A program made the translations under genes and the position numbers. From contig OX597820.1 in the NCBI GenBank assembly GCA_951406725.2, forward strand, positions 13,640,001 to 13,704,000: 64,000 nt of DNA, given 5' to 3'. The notes beneath the pieces are model-generated. The model was not told where the DNA came from, made no database searches, and saw only the letters and a program-made list of their open reading frames with translations. This document shows, piece by piece, positions 53,245 to 64,000 of the stretch. How positions within the stretch are numbered: position 1 is the first letter of the stretch; each line of letters starts with the position of its first letter. The DNA comes from Octopus vulgaris. Its lineage: Eukaryota.

Positions 53245-54294
53245 ATACACTTATATATATTTATGCAGGTGTGGTTGTGTGGTTAAGAAGCTTACTTCTT
53301 AACCGAGTGGTCAGGGGTTCAGCAGTTTGGCAAAGGAGACCAATAGAATAAGTACCAGGCTCAAAAACGTACTGGGGTCGATAGCTTCGGCTAAAAGTTC
53401 TTCAAGGCAGTGCCCCAGCATAGTTGCAGCCTAATGACTGAAACAAGTAAAAGATAAAAAGAAAAAGGTGTATGTATTACGTGTGTGTATGTGTGTGCCT
53501 TTGTGTAGACTTCATATGATTGCTGTAAATGAGCACCACCGTCCTAGAAGCGAGGTTGTTTGTCTCGAGTCTTCCATGTCGGGCAACATGTCTGGCGACG
53601 GAGAAAGCATTGCTTTGCTTGGAAACAGGCGAGGTTTGGCAACGGGAAGGACATCCAGCCGTAGATAGCTCTGCCTCAACAAACGCCTTTCTGACCAATA
53701 TGCAAACATGGAGAAGTGGACATCAAATGATGATGATGAAGATGATGATGATGATGATGATGGCTGATACACACACACAAATAAATGAAATAAACATAAC
53801 AGCAAATGCATGCTGGGAAGAAGCCAGAGTAAAACCTAGGTTCTAGTTGATGACCAGTTTGGGTAGTTCTGTTGCTAATGCAAAGAGTCAATGCTAAGAA
53901 TAGTACCGTTGCCATTTCCTCTCTCCCCCAAAGACCTTCGTTTGTTATGATTACTGGAAGATGATATCAGGGAATCAATAATGGGAATCCTCTTCAAAGA
54001 CGCTCCTGACATCACAGTCATTTACACCTGGAACAATACATCGATCTGTGTTTGCATTAGGGTGTGTGTGTGTGTGCGCGTATGTGTGTGTATGTGTACA
54101 TATTGATATCTCTCTCTCTCTAAACATATATATATATATGTCTGTGTGTGTGTGTATACGCAGTTATACGCAAATGTATGTATCTGTGTGTGCGTGTGTG
54201 TGTGTACATATCTATATATCTCTGCCTCTATATATGTGTGTGTGTGTTGTGTATGTACATAATGGTTTCTCTCTCTATATATATATATATATAT

Positions 54295-54842
54295 CATCAT
54301 CATCATCGCCATCACCATCATCATAATCATCATAGTCATCTACATAATCATCATCATCATCATCATCATCATCACTATCATCACCATCACCATCACCATC
54401 ATCATCATGGACCGAACACGCTTTCCAAGCAAGACCACCACCACCACCACCACCACCACCTTAACAACAAAAAATAATAACTTAAAAAAATTTTTTTTAA
54501 AACAAAACCTCAGCTAAATAATGGAAAAAAATACAATAATAATAATAACAATAACAGGAATTAACATCAATTAACCAACAGTTAACTTAAAGCTGATAAT
54601 GTTAAGCAGGAGATTATCATTGCTTCAGTGTGGCTTCTTTTTCTAAACACAACACAGAACTGAACGCAACTTGGATTGATCCAAATACCAAGTTTACGAC
54701 CAGCTGGAGCATTTTGCACGGGATTTCCATCCTGGAGAACACATCCGTCTCTCGGATTAGAAAAGCCAGGCTGTGATGGCTTCCAACACTAATTTAATTA
54801 TATTAGTAACGTATTTGCGTAGGAGATTAAATCTTGTTGATG

Positions 54843-54874
<32 letters not shown>

Positions 54875-54923
54875 GGTGGTTTTATCTTACTTGAGTGGAG
54901 AAAGTGTAAATAATGATGATGAA

Positions 54924-54977
<54 letters not shown>

Positions 54978-55535
54978 TATAATAATAATGACAATGATGA
55001 TGCTAATAATGATAATGATAATATGATGATGGTGGTGGTGGTGGTGGTAATAATAATGATGATGATGATGATGATAGTAATAATAACAATAATAATGGTG
55101 GCAGTAGTAGTAGTGGTGGTGATGGTGGTGGTAGATGTGAGAGTGATGGTGGTGAGGGTGATGATGGTGGTGGTGATGGTGAAAGTGGAGGTAGGGGTGA
55201 TGGTGGTTGTGGTGGTGATGATAGTGGACGTGGTGGTGGTGGTGGTGGTGGCAGTGGTGGTGATAGTGGTGGCAGCAATAGCAGTGGCAATGGTGGAGGT
55301 GTTGCTAGTAGTCATGGTGGTGGTGATGGTGGTAGTGGTGGTGGTGGTGGTGGTAGCAGTGGTGATGGTGAAGGTGCTGGTATTCAGGGTGGTGATGGTG
55401 GTGGTGGTGGTGGTGGTGGTGTTGGTTCCATGGTGGTGTTTGGCAGAGATGGCAGTGGTGGTACCGGCGGCGGCGGTGGTGGTAGTAGTGGTGGTGCTGG
55501 TGCCGGTGCCGGTGCTAATGGCGATGGTAATGATT
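54295..55535. repeat. Trinucleotide low-complexity region (CAT/CAC, then AAT/GAT/GGT) around a unique island
   Basis: Seen directly. Confidence 0.9.
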
Positions 55536-55930
55536 TATTTTTCTTTCGTGTAAAGAAAATAAAAATATTCGGGTAACGGAGGTGACCAAGATAACAGCTT
55601 TCTGTTTTGATTCCATCGTGAGAAATATTCAATTAATATTACTTTAATGCAATAACCCAAAATTAGAAATGAATTGTTTTTTTGTGAACGCAAGTGTACT
55701 CGCCTACACACACACCAACACACACACACACACACACACACACACGCGATTATACACAAATTCACACAAGTACATACACAGGCATGTTAAGCATTGCACA
55801 CATATTTTGTTTATTTGCTTATCTTTTGGGGTGTTTTGTGTTTTTTTTTTGTTTTTTTCCTAACATGTAAATATTTTGTTGTCCTCAGGCAATAAATTCT
55901 ATGTTAAACCAAAGTTTCATACTTTGTCAG

Positions 55931-55944
55931 GTTGCCTAGGCAAC
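55931..55944. promoter_or_regulatory. Palindromic RFX X-box-like motif
   Basis: GTTGCCTAGGCAAC is a perfect 14-bp palindrome with both RFX half-sites. Confidence 0.45.
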
Positions 55945-55952
55945 GCACTTAC

Positions 55953-56009
55953 CTTCTTCTGTTGGCACGAAACATTTCCCGACCAAATTTTGTCTCATGA
56001 TCCTTCTGT
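55953..56009 (-). CDS. Candidate 57-nt coding exon (xQKDHETKFGREMFRANRR)
   Basis: TTTTAG| acceptor and consensus donor AAG|GTAAGT; in the phase-2 reading it joins the 27150 exon in frame. Confidence 0.45.
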
Positions 56010-56124
56010 CTAAAACTCTACATGTAGAATGCTGCACATGGATGCAAGCATGGCTGTGTGGTTAAGAACCTTGTTTTGCAACTATGTGGCACCTTGGACA
56101 AATATCTTCTACAATAGCCATGGG

Positions 56125-56515
56125 TATAAGGCCCATGGCTCAGTAGCTGGAATATCAGGCTCATGATCATGAGATAGTGAGTTCGATTCCTGAACTGTGC
56201 GGTGTGTTGTGTTCTTAAGCAAGACACTTTACTTCACGTTGCTCCAGTTCAAGCCAGCACTCAGACTACCAACACCTCCACCATCACCACAGTTCACTCA
56301 CGTTGCAACTCATTTCTGAGTTGCGACATCACTGGTGCCAAGCTGTATCGGCCCCTTTGCCTTTCCCTTGGATAACACTGGTGGCGTGGAGAGGGGAGGC
56401 TGGTATGCATGGGCGACTGCTGGTCTTCCATAAACAACCTTGCCCGGACTTGTGCCTCAGAGGGGAACTTTCTAGGTGCAATCCCATGGTCATTCATGAC
56501 AGAAGGGGGTCTTTA
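56125..56515 (+). mobile_element. tRNA-derived SINE with a distinct tail, nested among family B pieces
   Basis: TGGCTCAGTAG and GAGTTCGATTCC boxes; CTTAAGCAAGACACTTTACTTCACGTTGCTCCAG body; tail ends GAAGGGGGTCTTTA. Confidence 0.6.
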
Positions 56516-56781
56516 TAGGTGCAGGTATGCCTGTATGGTAAGACGTTTATTACCAAACCACAGGGTTCCAGGATCAGTTTCACTGCACAGCAACTTGGGC
56601 AAGTGTCTTCTACTACAGCCTCAGGCCAACTAAAGCCTTGTGTGTGTGTGTGTGGGGGGGGTTCTGTTTGTCCCCAACCATTGCTTGACAACCGGTATTA
56701 GTTTGTCTACATCCCCATAACTTAGCAATACAGCAAAAGGAACTGATAGAATAAAATACCACACTTTAAAAAAAAATCTAT

Positions 56782-57160
56782 TGTGGTAAGTAGCTTGCTT
56801 ACAAACCACATGGTTCCGGGTTCAGTCCCACTGTATGGCACCTTGGGCAAGTGTCTTCTACTATAGCCTTGGGCCGACCAAAGCCTTGTGAGTGGATTTG
56901 GTAGATGGAAACTGAAGAAGCCTGTCATATATGTGTGTTTGTGTGTGTTTGTGTATCTGTGTTTGTCCCCACCAACATCGCTAGACAACCAATGCTGGTA
57001 TGTTTACGTCCCCATAACTCATCAGTTCGGCAAAAGAGACCAATAGAATAAATACTAGGCTTACAAAGAATAAGTCTTGGGGTTGATTTGCTCGACTAAT
57101 GGTGGTGCTCCAGCATGGCCACAGTCAAAATGACTGAAACAAGTAAAAGAGTAAAGAGTA
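56782..57160 (+). mobile_element. SINE family B
   Basis: Same structure as 4541-4947. Confidence 0.88.
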
Positions 57161-57634
57161 CTGGGGTTGATTTGTTCGCAGTTCAATGGCTGGAACAAAT
57201 AAAAAGCAAACGAAAGACATGATATGAAAGACAAAAACTGAAGAATATTTCTTCAGGCAGCAACCATTCGCTTCTGTTTCACTTCTCCATCATTTTCTCC
57301 TTCTACAAGATGAAGTACAAAATCCTTTTCGATTTTTTTCATGCCCGTTTCTGACATGCACCTTTTAGAAACGAATTTTTTACGGCTATTTTTATCTCAA
57401 GACATGCCACAAATGTCAAACCGCCTGTCATAAAGTGTCCATTAAAGGTTAAACATACAACGCAATATGATTTATTGAATACAACACATAGTTTATATAA
57501 ATATGGCTGTCATAACTCAATCCATTTCGGAGAAACCAAACTGTGTATGTAACAATCTCTTGTTTTCCCTGCTCGCGTGGAGTAATTCTTATGCTTACAC
57601 TTTCTTTACAGTGCACTTTAGTACACATATACAA

Positions 57635-57665
<31 letters not shown>

Positions 57666-57699
57666 CTCGTATATATTATTTATATATATATATATATAT

Positions 57700-58011
57700 G
57701 TGGAGGCACAATGGCCCAGTGGTTAGGGCAGCGGACTCGCGGTCATAGGATCACGGTTTCGATTCCTAGACTAGGCATTGTGAGTGTTTATTGAGCGAAA
57801 ACACCTAAAGCTCCACGAGGCTCCAGCAGGGGATGGTGGCGATCCCTGCTGTACTCTTTCACCGCAACTTTCTCTCACTCTTTCTTCTGTTGGCCAGCTC
57901 ACTTAGCCAGTGGGGTGGCGTCATTTAAAGGCTAAAACAATGCAAAACGCATTGTGACCAGTGATGTGTAGCAACATCTGATAGCCTGGTCGGTCACGGT
58001 GATCACGGTGA
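57700..58011 (+). mobile_element. SINE family C (tail type 2), tRNA-Arg-like head
   Basis: GGAGGCACAATGGCCCAGTGGTTAGGGCAGCGGACTCGCGGTC...GTTTCGATTCC; tail ends (CACGGTGAT)2; embedded in (TA)n. Confidence 0.85.
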
Positions 58012-58290
58012 TATATATATATATAAATTAGAAAAAACACCTTTTATCAATTCAATAATGAAAAATTAAATTATACCATCCAGAAAATTACATATTATAG
58101 AAAGATTAAATATAAAATAAAACATATAACGATGATTAAGTAATGTGCAAAAAAGGTGGGTTTTTTTCTAATTTCTATATATATATTTTATTTTGTGAAA
58201 TTTGATTTAGCTTTTCTAAATTGAATTTTTCCCTGTAAGTTTGGAATATTATTCCCTCATATTATTATTATATATATATATATATATATA

Positions 58291-58683
58291 CTAGCAGTAT
58301 CGCCAGGCGTTGCTCGGGTTTGTAAGGGAAATAACTATATAAGCATTTTTAGAGAGTTATAGCCAAAAAATAGCAAAAAAATGCATTAAAAATGGAAAAA
58401 AATGATGGTCAATTTTTTTTTAAATCGTTGACTCATCGTAGACATTTTTAGAGAGTTACTTCCCTTATATAATAGCGAAAAAATCCATTAAAATGGAAAA
58501 AAATGATGGTAAATTATTTTTTAAATCATAGACTCATCATAGACGCGCACTAATACCCAGAAGGGCTCGATATGAATCACGACTATAAGATACCCGGTTT
58601 TGGTTAAACTGCACCGCGAAATGTGGGAGTAGTTAGGAATCTAAATCGTAAGAGACAGACACACAACTTCTCTTTTATATATA
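58291..58683 (-). mobile_element. Non-autonomous Helitron-like element
   Basis: Minus-strand 3' end CCCGAGCAACGCCTGG...CTGCTAG (imperfect hairpin plus CTAG) followed by T; internal ~100-bp tandem duplication; the canonical 5' TC is not visible. Confidence 0.65.
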
Positions 58684-59333
58684 CACAAGTACACACACAT
58701 AGACATACATACATATATACACACATATTTACATATATACATATACACATGTATATATATATGTACATATATACATATATAAATATACATACATTTATAT
58801 ATAAATATGTATATACAAACACATATATAAATATATATATTTATACATACACATTATAAACACAGATACACACACACACACACACAAGGCAAAGTAGACC
58901 AGTGATGGCAGTCCATATCATATCCTTCTGTGGTAGCTTCTTCATCCAATTCTAACCAACAATCATTCCGCAAGGCAATGGCCTCGATGGACTAACTAAA
59001 CCAGGAGAGGCTAGCTGATTGATCTTAGTCCTCAGCGAGGTAGGGACCTGACAATTGCAGTATGTGAATTCGGACTCTGGCAGACTGAGAGGAAAAGGTC
59101 AACAGTCAACTCAATGGTCAAGAATGTGGCTTTTGCAAGCAAAATGTATCATGTAGAGCATGGCAAGACATAGAAGGCACCTTTGTTACCTACAGAGAAA
59201 GACAGGCTGATGATACACAAATCATAACTCATCATTCAACATTCGTCCTACTTCTTGAGTAAGACAGTATCAAACTAATACACTTGCTTGCTGTTTATAC
59301 ACCTGTCTTTATCTTTTGTTTATCTAGAAATTT

Positions 59334-59397
<64 letters not shown>

Positions 59398-59503
59398 TAT
59401 ATATTTATAATGTACTGATACGTGATGAAAATTCAACAAAAAAAGTACTCTGTTGGTGAGAGATAAATATTATTTATTTAAAGATCTCAAAACATGTATT
59501 AAA

Positions 59504-59556
59504 ATGCTATTAATAGTTTCATATGTTGAAAAAACTCAAACATATTCTTCAGGCAC
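59504..59556 (-). ncRNA. Type-I hammerhead-ribozyme-like motif
   Basis: GTGC-CTGAAGA-ATATGTT(loop)AACATAT-GAAA-CTATTAATA-GCAT: perfect 7-bp stem II, stem I GTGC/GCAT, palindromic CTATTAATAG at stem III. Confidence 0.6.
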
Positions 59557-60372
59557 AAACCACATATCATAACAAACTAAAGAAATTGAATAATAGGAGA
59601 AACACAAAAAAAACTGAGAAGGCAATATATAGAAAATGCATGCAGTAAACAACAGAAAACGAAAAATGGAAACTAAAATGTAAAGAATAAAAAGTGAAAA
59701 AGGTAAAAGAGTTATCCTCCTTAGACCTTAAATGATAAGGTTGGAAAGATATCAATTCAGTCGGGAATGAGCAGAATTTTCCAATTCTTCAAAATATATT
59801 TATACATAAGCATGCAAAGAAAGAGAGGAGGTTTAAAACAAATACATTTATTTCACCAGCTGATATCCATATCATGATCATTTCACAACATTCATCATAG
59901 AAAAACAATTTATTTTAGTTTAAGTAGCTTGCTTACCAACCACATGGTTCCAGGTTCAGTCCCACTGCATGGCACCTTGGGCAAGTGTCTTCTACTATAG
60001 ATGATTTTACACATCTGTATTAGTGCATGTAATATAAATTATATAGCGGTGTTGTATAATTTATAAATTAATACAGGTAAAAGAGCTTGCATTGGACTAT
60101 GCATTACACCCTTTGTCTTGGTTTATTATGTGGTATTTTCTGTGATTCCAGGCACTTGGAAGGTGCAGTAAAGGGCAGAAATGGTTGTGGTTCCCTACTC
60201 CCCCAACTCACATAACTACTGTATCCCTTGCTGGAATGCCGCATAGTCAGCCCTGAGTATCATTGATTACTGAAACTTAATGGAATTACAAACAGCAGCC
60301 TTTCATTGTGGCAGTTAGGTTATCAAATGTCCCACACACCCCAAGACGGTCCTTAGATGAACAGTAAATACA

Positions 60373-60414
<42 letters not shown>

Positions 60415-60419
60415 TATAT

Positions 60420-60845
60420 CACTCTTTACACTTTTTACTCTTCTACTTGTTTCAGTCATTTGACTGTGGCCATGCTGGAGCACCACCTTTAGTCGAGCAA
60501 ATCGATCCCAGGACTTATTCTTTGGAAGCCTAGTACTTATTCTATGAGTCTCTTTTGCTGAACCGCTAAGTTATGGGGACGTAAACACACCAGCATCGGT
60601 TGTCAAGCGATGTTGGGGGCACAAACACAGACACACACACACACACACACACACAAATATATATATACATATACATATATACAACGGGCTTCTTTCAGTT
60701 TCCGTCTACCAAATCCACTCACAAGGCTTTGGTCAGCCTGAAGCTATAGTAGAAGACACTTGCCCAAGGTGCCACACAGTGGGACTGAACCCTGAACCAT
60801 GTGGTTCATAAGCAAGCTACTTACCACACAGCCACTCCTGCACCT
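60420..60845 (-). mobile_element. SINE family B, full length
   Basis: Reverse complement of the 4541-4947 structure. Confidence 0.9.
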
Positions 60846-61177
60846 ATATATATATATACATTATATATATATATACATCATCCTCATACTCTTTTAACAT
60901 TAATGTTCCATGCTAGCATGGGCTGGATGGGTTTGTAGGGTCCAGTGGGTCAAGAGACTGCATCATGCTCCAGATTCTGCTTCGACATGGTTTCCCTAGC
61001 AGGATACTATTCTCGATACCAATCACTTTGCAGAATGTATTGAGGGCTTTTTTTCATGACACTAGCTCTAATGAGGTCACCAAACAGCTTGCAAGACTAC
61101 AAACCATAAAAGGGAACAGCTTTGTACTAAGAGATGAGAGGTTGAAGTACCAAAGAAGATAAAAGGGAAAGGTAACC

Positions 61178-61435
61178 TCTTAGAGTCATGCTGACCCATA
61201 AGGGCTAGTTTCCTGGTTTCTATGGATATAAATGGTTTCTGTGGGATATATATTCCCCACCTGGATGGGACGCCGGTCCATCGCAGAATAACTCATTTTT
61301 GCCAGCTGAGTGGACTGGAGCAACATGAAATGAAGTGTTTTGCTCAAGAACACAATGCATTGCCCAGTCCAAGAATCGAAACCACAATATTATGATCATG
61401 AGCCCAATACCCTAACCACTGAGCCACACACTTTC
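61178..61435 (-). mobile_element. tRNA-derived SINE (family D)
   Basis: Minus strand GTGGCTCAGTGGTTAGGG (A-box), GTTTCGATTC (B-box), TTCTTGAGCAAAACACTTCATTTCATGTTGCTCCAG. Confidence 0.75.
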
Positions 61436-62022
61436 ACATGAAAGAAGGAGTCAGAGCAGAGCAGGGTTTCTTGTTGTAGAGGTGCTCCATGACAACTCAC
61501 ATTTTGGAAGGGAAGGCAGGTGTGATCAGATTAGGGTTGGACGAGGTGAGTGGAAGTGAGTGAAGAGAAAGGAAGCTGGAGTGTGGGTGGATGAGCAGAG
61601 AGTGCAAGAGGGTAAGGGACAGTGGAAGACAAGGAATCGGCGAAAGGGAAAGGAGGTAGGCAACAACTGTTAGGACTGAAGGGTGGATGTAGTGAATGGT
61701 GGATAAGTTGAGGGTGAAGGGCATGAATAAAAAGAGGCAGGAGGAGATGATTAACAGTGCAGGAAAACAGAAGGTGAGAACAGTGGAATGGTAATGAAGA
61801 TGCAGTTGACAGGAGAATGATGAGAGAAAGGAAATAAGGCTGGGTATGTTAGAGGAGCATGTGAGTGAAGGGAGACAGAGAGAAGCAGGGATGAGGACAG
61901 TGAGAGATGTATACATACACACACGTGTATGTGCACAAGCATGTGAGCATGTGTGTGTGTATATACATACATTACACACACACACTCTATATGTCTCTCC
62001 ACAAACACACAAAGTTGCATGC

Positions 62023-62059
<37 letters not shown>

Positions 62060-62317
62060 GGCTCTGAAGTGATCCTCCCATACAGGATCAAAGCAGAGCA
62101 TGATATTAACATAAAAATAAAATTACATTTTTTTTCCTAAAATTTCTTAAATTAAGTGGAATTCATTTCTGGCGCTTTATTAAAACTGTCAATAACTACG
62201 TTATGCAAATTAAAATTTCATGTTTAAACTAATTTAAAAGAGTGAGAAAAAAAAAGACTCTTTTTGTTCATATGTGTTTTGAAATTTATTAATATATAAT
62301 TTTATTCATGTATGAAC

Positions 62318-62890
62318 AGGTATGGCTGTGATTAAGAAGCTCACTTTGCAATCATAAGCTTTCAGGTTCAATCCCACTGTAAAGCACCTCAGGCAAGTGT
62401 CTTCTACTATAGCCCCAGGCTGATCAAAGCCTTGTAAGTGGGTAGATGGAAACTGGGTGGAAGCCCATTGTGTATGTGCATGTGAATGTGTGTGTATGTG
62501 TGTGCATGTGTGTGTTCATGTGAATGTGTGTGTGTGTGCATCTGTATATGCATGCATGTGTGTGTGTGTGCATACATGTGCGTGTATGTATGTGTGCATA
62601 TCTGTGTGTATGTGTGTGTACATACATGTGTGCATGTGTTTGTGTGCGTATATATGTGTGTGTGTGCATCTTTGTGTGTATCCCCCCACAAATACAGAAC
62701 ACACCACTCGACAATCCGTGTTGGTTTGTTTACATCCCCATAACTTAGCAGTTTGGCAGAGGGGATCAAAAGAATAAGTACCAGACATAAAAGTGATTAC
62801 TCAGATTAATCTGTTCAACAAGAAACCCTTCAAGGTTGTGCCCCAGCATGGCCACAGTCCAAAGACTGAAACAAGTAGAAGATAAAAAAG
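62318..62890 (+). mobile_element. SINE family B, old copy with expanded internal TG-rich microsatellite
   Basis: Head at about 62320, microsatellite 62470-62680, tail at about 62840-62890. Confidence 0.75.
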
Positions 62891-63919
62891 ATATAGCTTG
62901 AGAATAGTCTGTCTGTGTGCATGCATGAAAGTGCAAGTGTGTGTGCATGCAAATGTGTGTGACAATATGTGTGTGTGTATGCATGCAAGTGTGTGTGTGT
63001 ATGCATGCAAGTGTGTGTGTGCATGTGTGCATATATGCAAGTGTGTTTGTGTGTATGCATGTAAGTGTGTGTGTGTACATGTGATGTGTGCATGCTTGCA
63101 AGTGTTGTGTTTGTGTATATGTGCATATATGCAAGTGTGTTTGTATGTGTGCATTGTATGTGTGCATGTGCGTGTATGGAAGTGTGTGTGTGCATGCTTG
63201 CAAGTGTTTGTATGAATGCATGTATGCATACTTGCAAGTGTGTGTGTTTGTGCATGTGTGCATGTATGCAAGTGTGTGTGTGTACATGTGTTCATGCTTG
63301 CAACTGTGTGTGTGTGTGTGTGTGTGTGTTTCAAGGCACAAGATTGATTCTGGGATTAAGAAGTTTGCTTTGTACCGGCATGGTCATGGGTTCAATCCTA
63401 CTACACCGCACAGTCGATAACTGTTTTCTTCTACGGCCCTCAGGTCAACCAAGAGCTTGTGAATAAAACGGGCAAACTGGAACACAATGGAAGCTCTCAT
63501 TGCATATGAAAACCGTAGCAGGCACTTGCATGAGAGAGAGCCATGATTCTGTTGATTGCTTAAGGGACCTATGTAGTGGTGATAAGACACAGGCAGCTTC
63601 TAATCCGTCCCGTGTTTGACCTGGTAGAGCATCGAGGTTGTGACAACTGGTGACAGGAAGGGGCTGCAGTCAATTGTCAGTTGCTTCTAATTTAAGCGGA
63701 ATCTAGAGCACCATTCTAGTATTTCAAGATATTTTTATATGATTTTGGTAAATCTATCTGTTAAAATGAGATGTCAGTGATAGTTTCATTTTTGCATAAT
63801 TTAGGCGACAGTTTATTCACCACACTCTGTATGTGTGTGTGTGTGTGTATGTACACACAAACACATATTATACATGGCATATTACATATACATTACATAT
63901 TTCATGCATTATACACACA

Positions 63920-63954
<35 letters not shown>

Positions 63955-64000
63955 ACACATACACACATACACACCTATATATATATATATATATATATAT

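Noticed and set aside
54758-54780. Minus-strand CATCACAGCCTGG resembling a miR-2-family seed
   Set aside because: No convincing precursor hairpin was found by eye.
54834-55553. 239-aa poly-V/N/M ORF
   Set aside because: Trinucleotide low-complexity sequence.
58890-59200. Possible RTE 5' UTR fragment
   Set aside because: Only a vague resemblance; no adjacent ORF and no second copy in the window.

Overview
AT-rich eukaryotic DNA, very likely a coleoid cephalopod (Octopus-like; inferred from SINE types and microsatellite load). Most of the window is tRNA-derived SINEs, 5'-truncated LINE fragments and (TA)n/(CA)n/(GATA)n/(TAA)n/(GAT)n microsatellites, and nearly all ORF-track entries are spurious low-complexity translations. 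Real coding relics are a 5'-truncated RTE-clade LINE (47.25-50.7 kb; one frameshift, C4HC3 PHD-like finger inside the RT), a full-length decayed mariner (36.2-37.5 kb), and R4/Dong-, RTE- and CR1/L2-type fragments. Three phase-compatible minus-strand exon candidates (56.0, 27.1, 26.8 kb) suggest much of the window is intron of an unidentified host gene. The most notable signal is a recurrent class of short elements with minimal type-I hammerhead-like cores inserted as head-to-head inverted pairs (Penelope-like geometry). One family joins a Pol III tRNA-type head to the hammerhead. Repeat coordinates were read by eye and are approximate.
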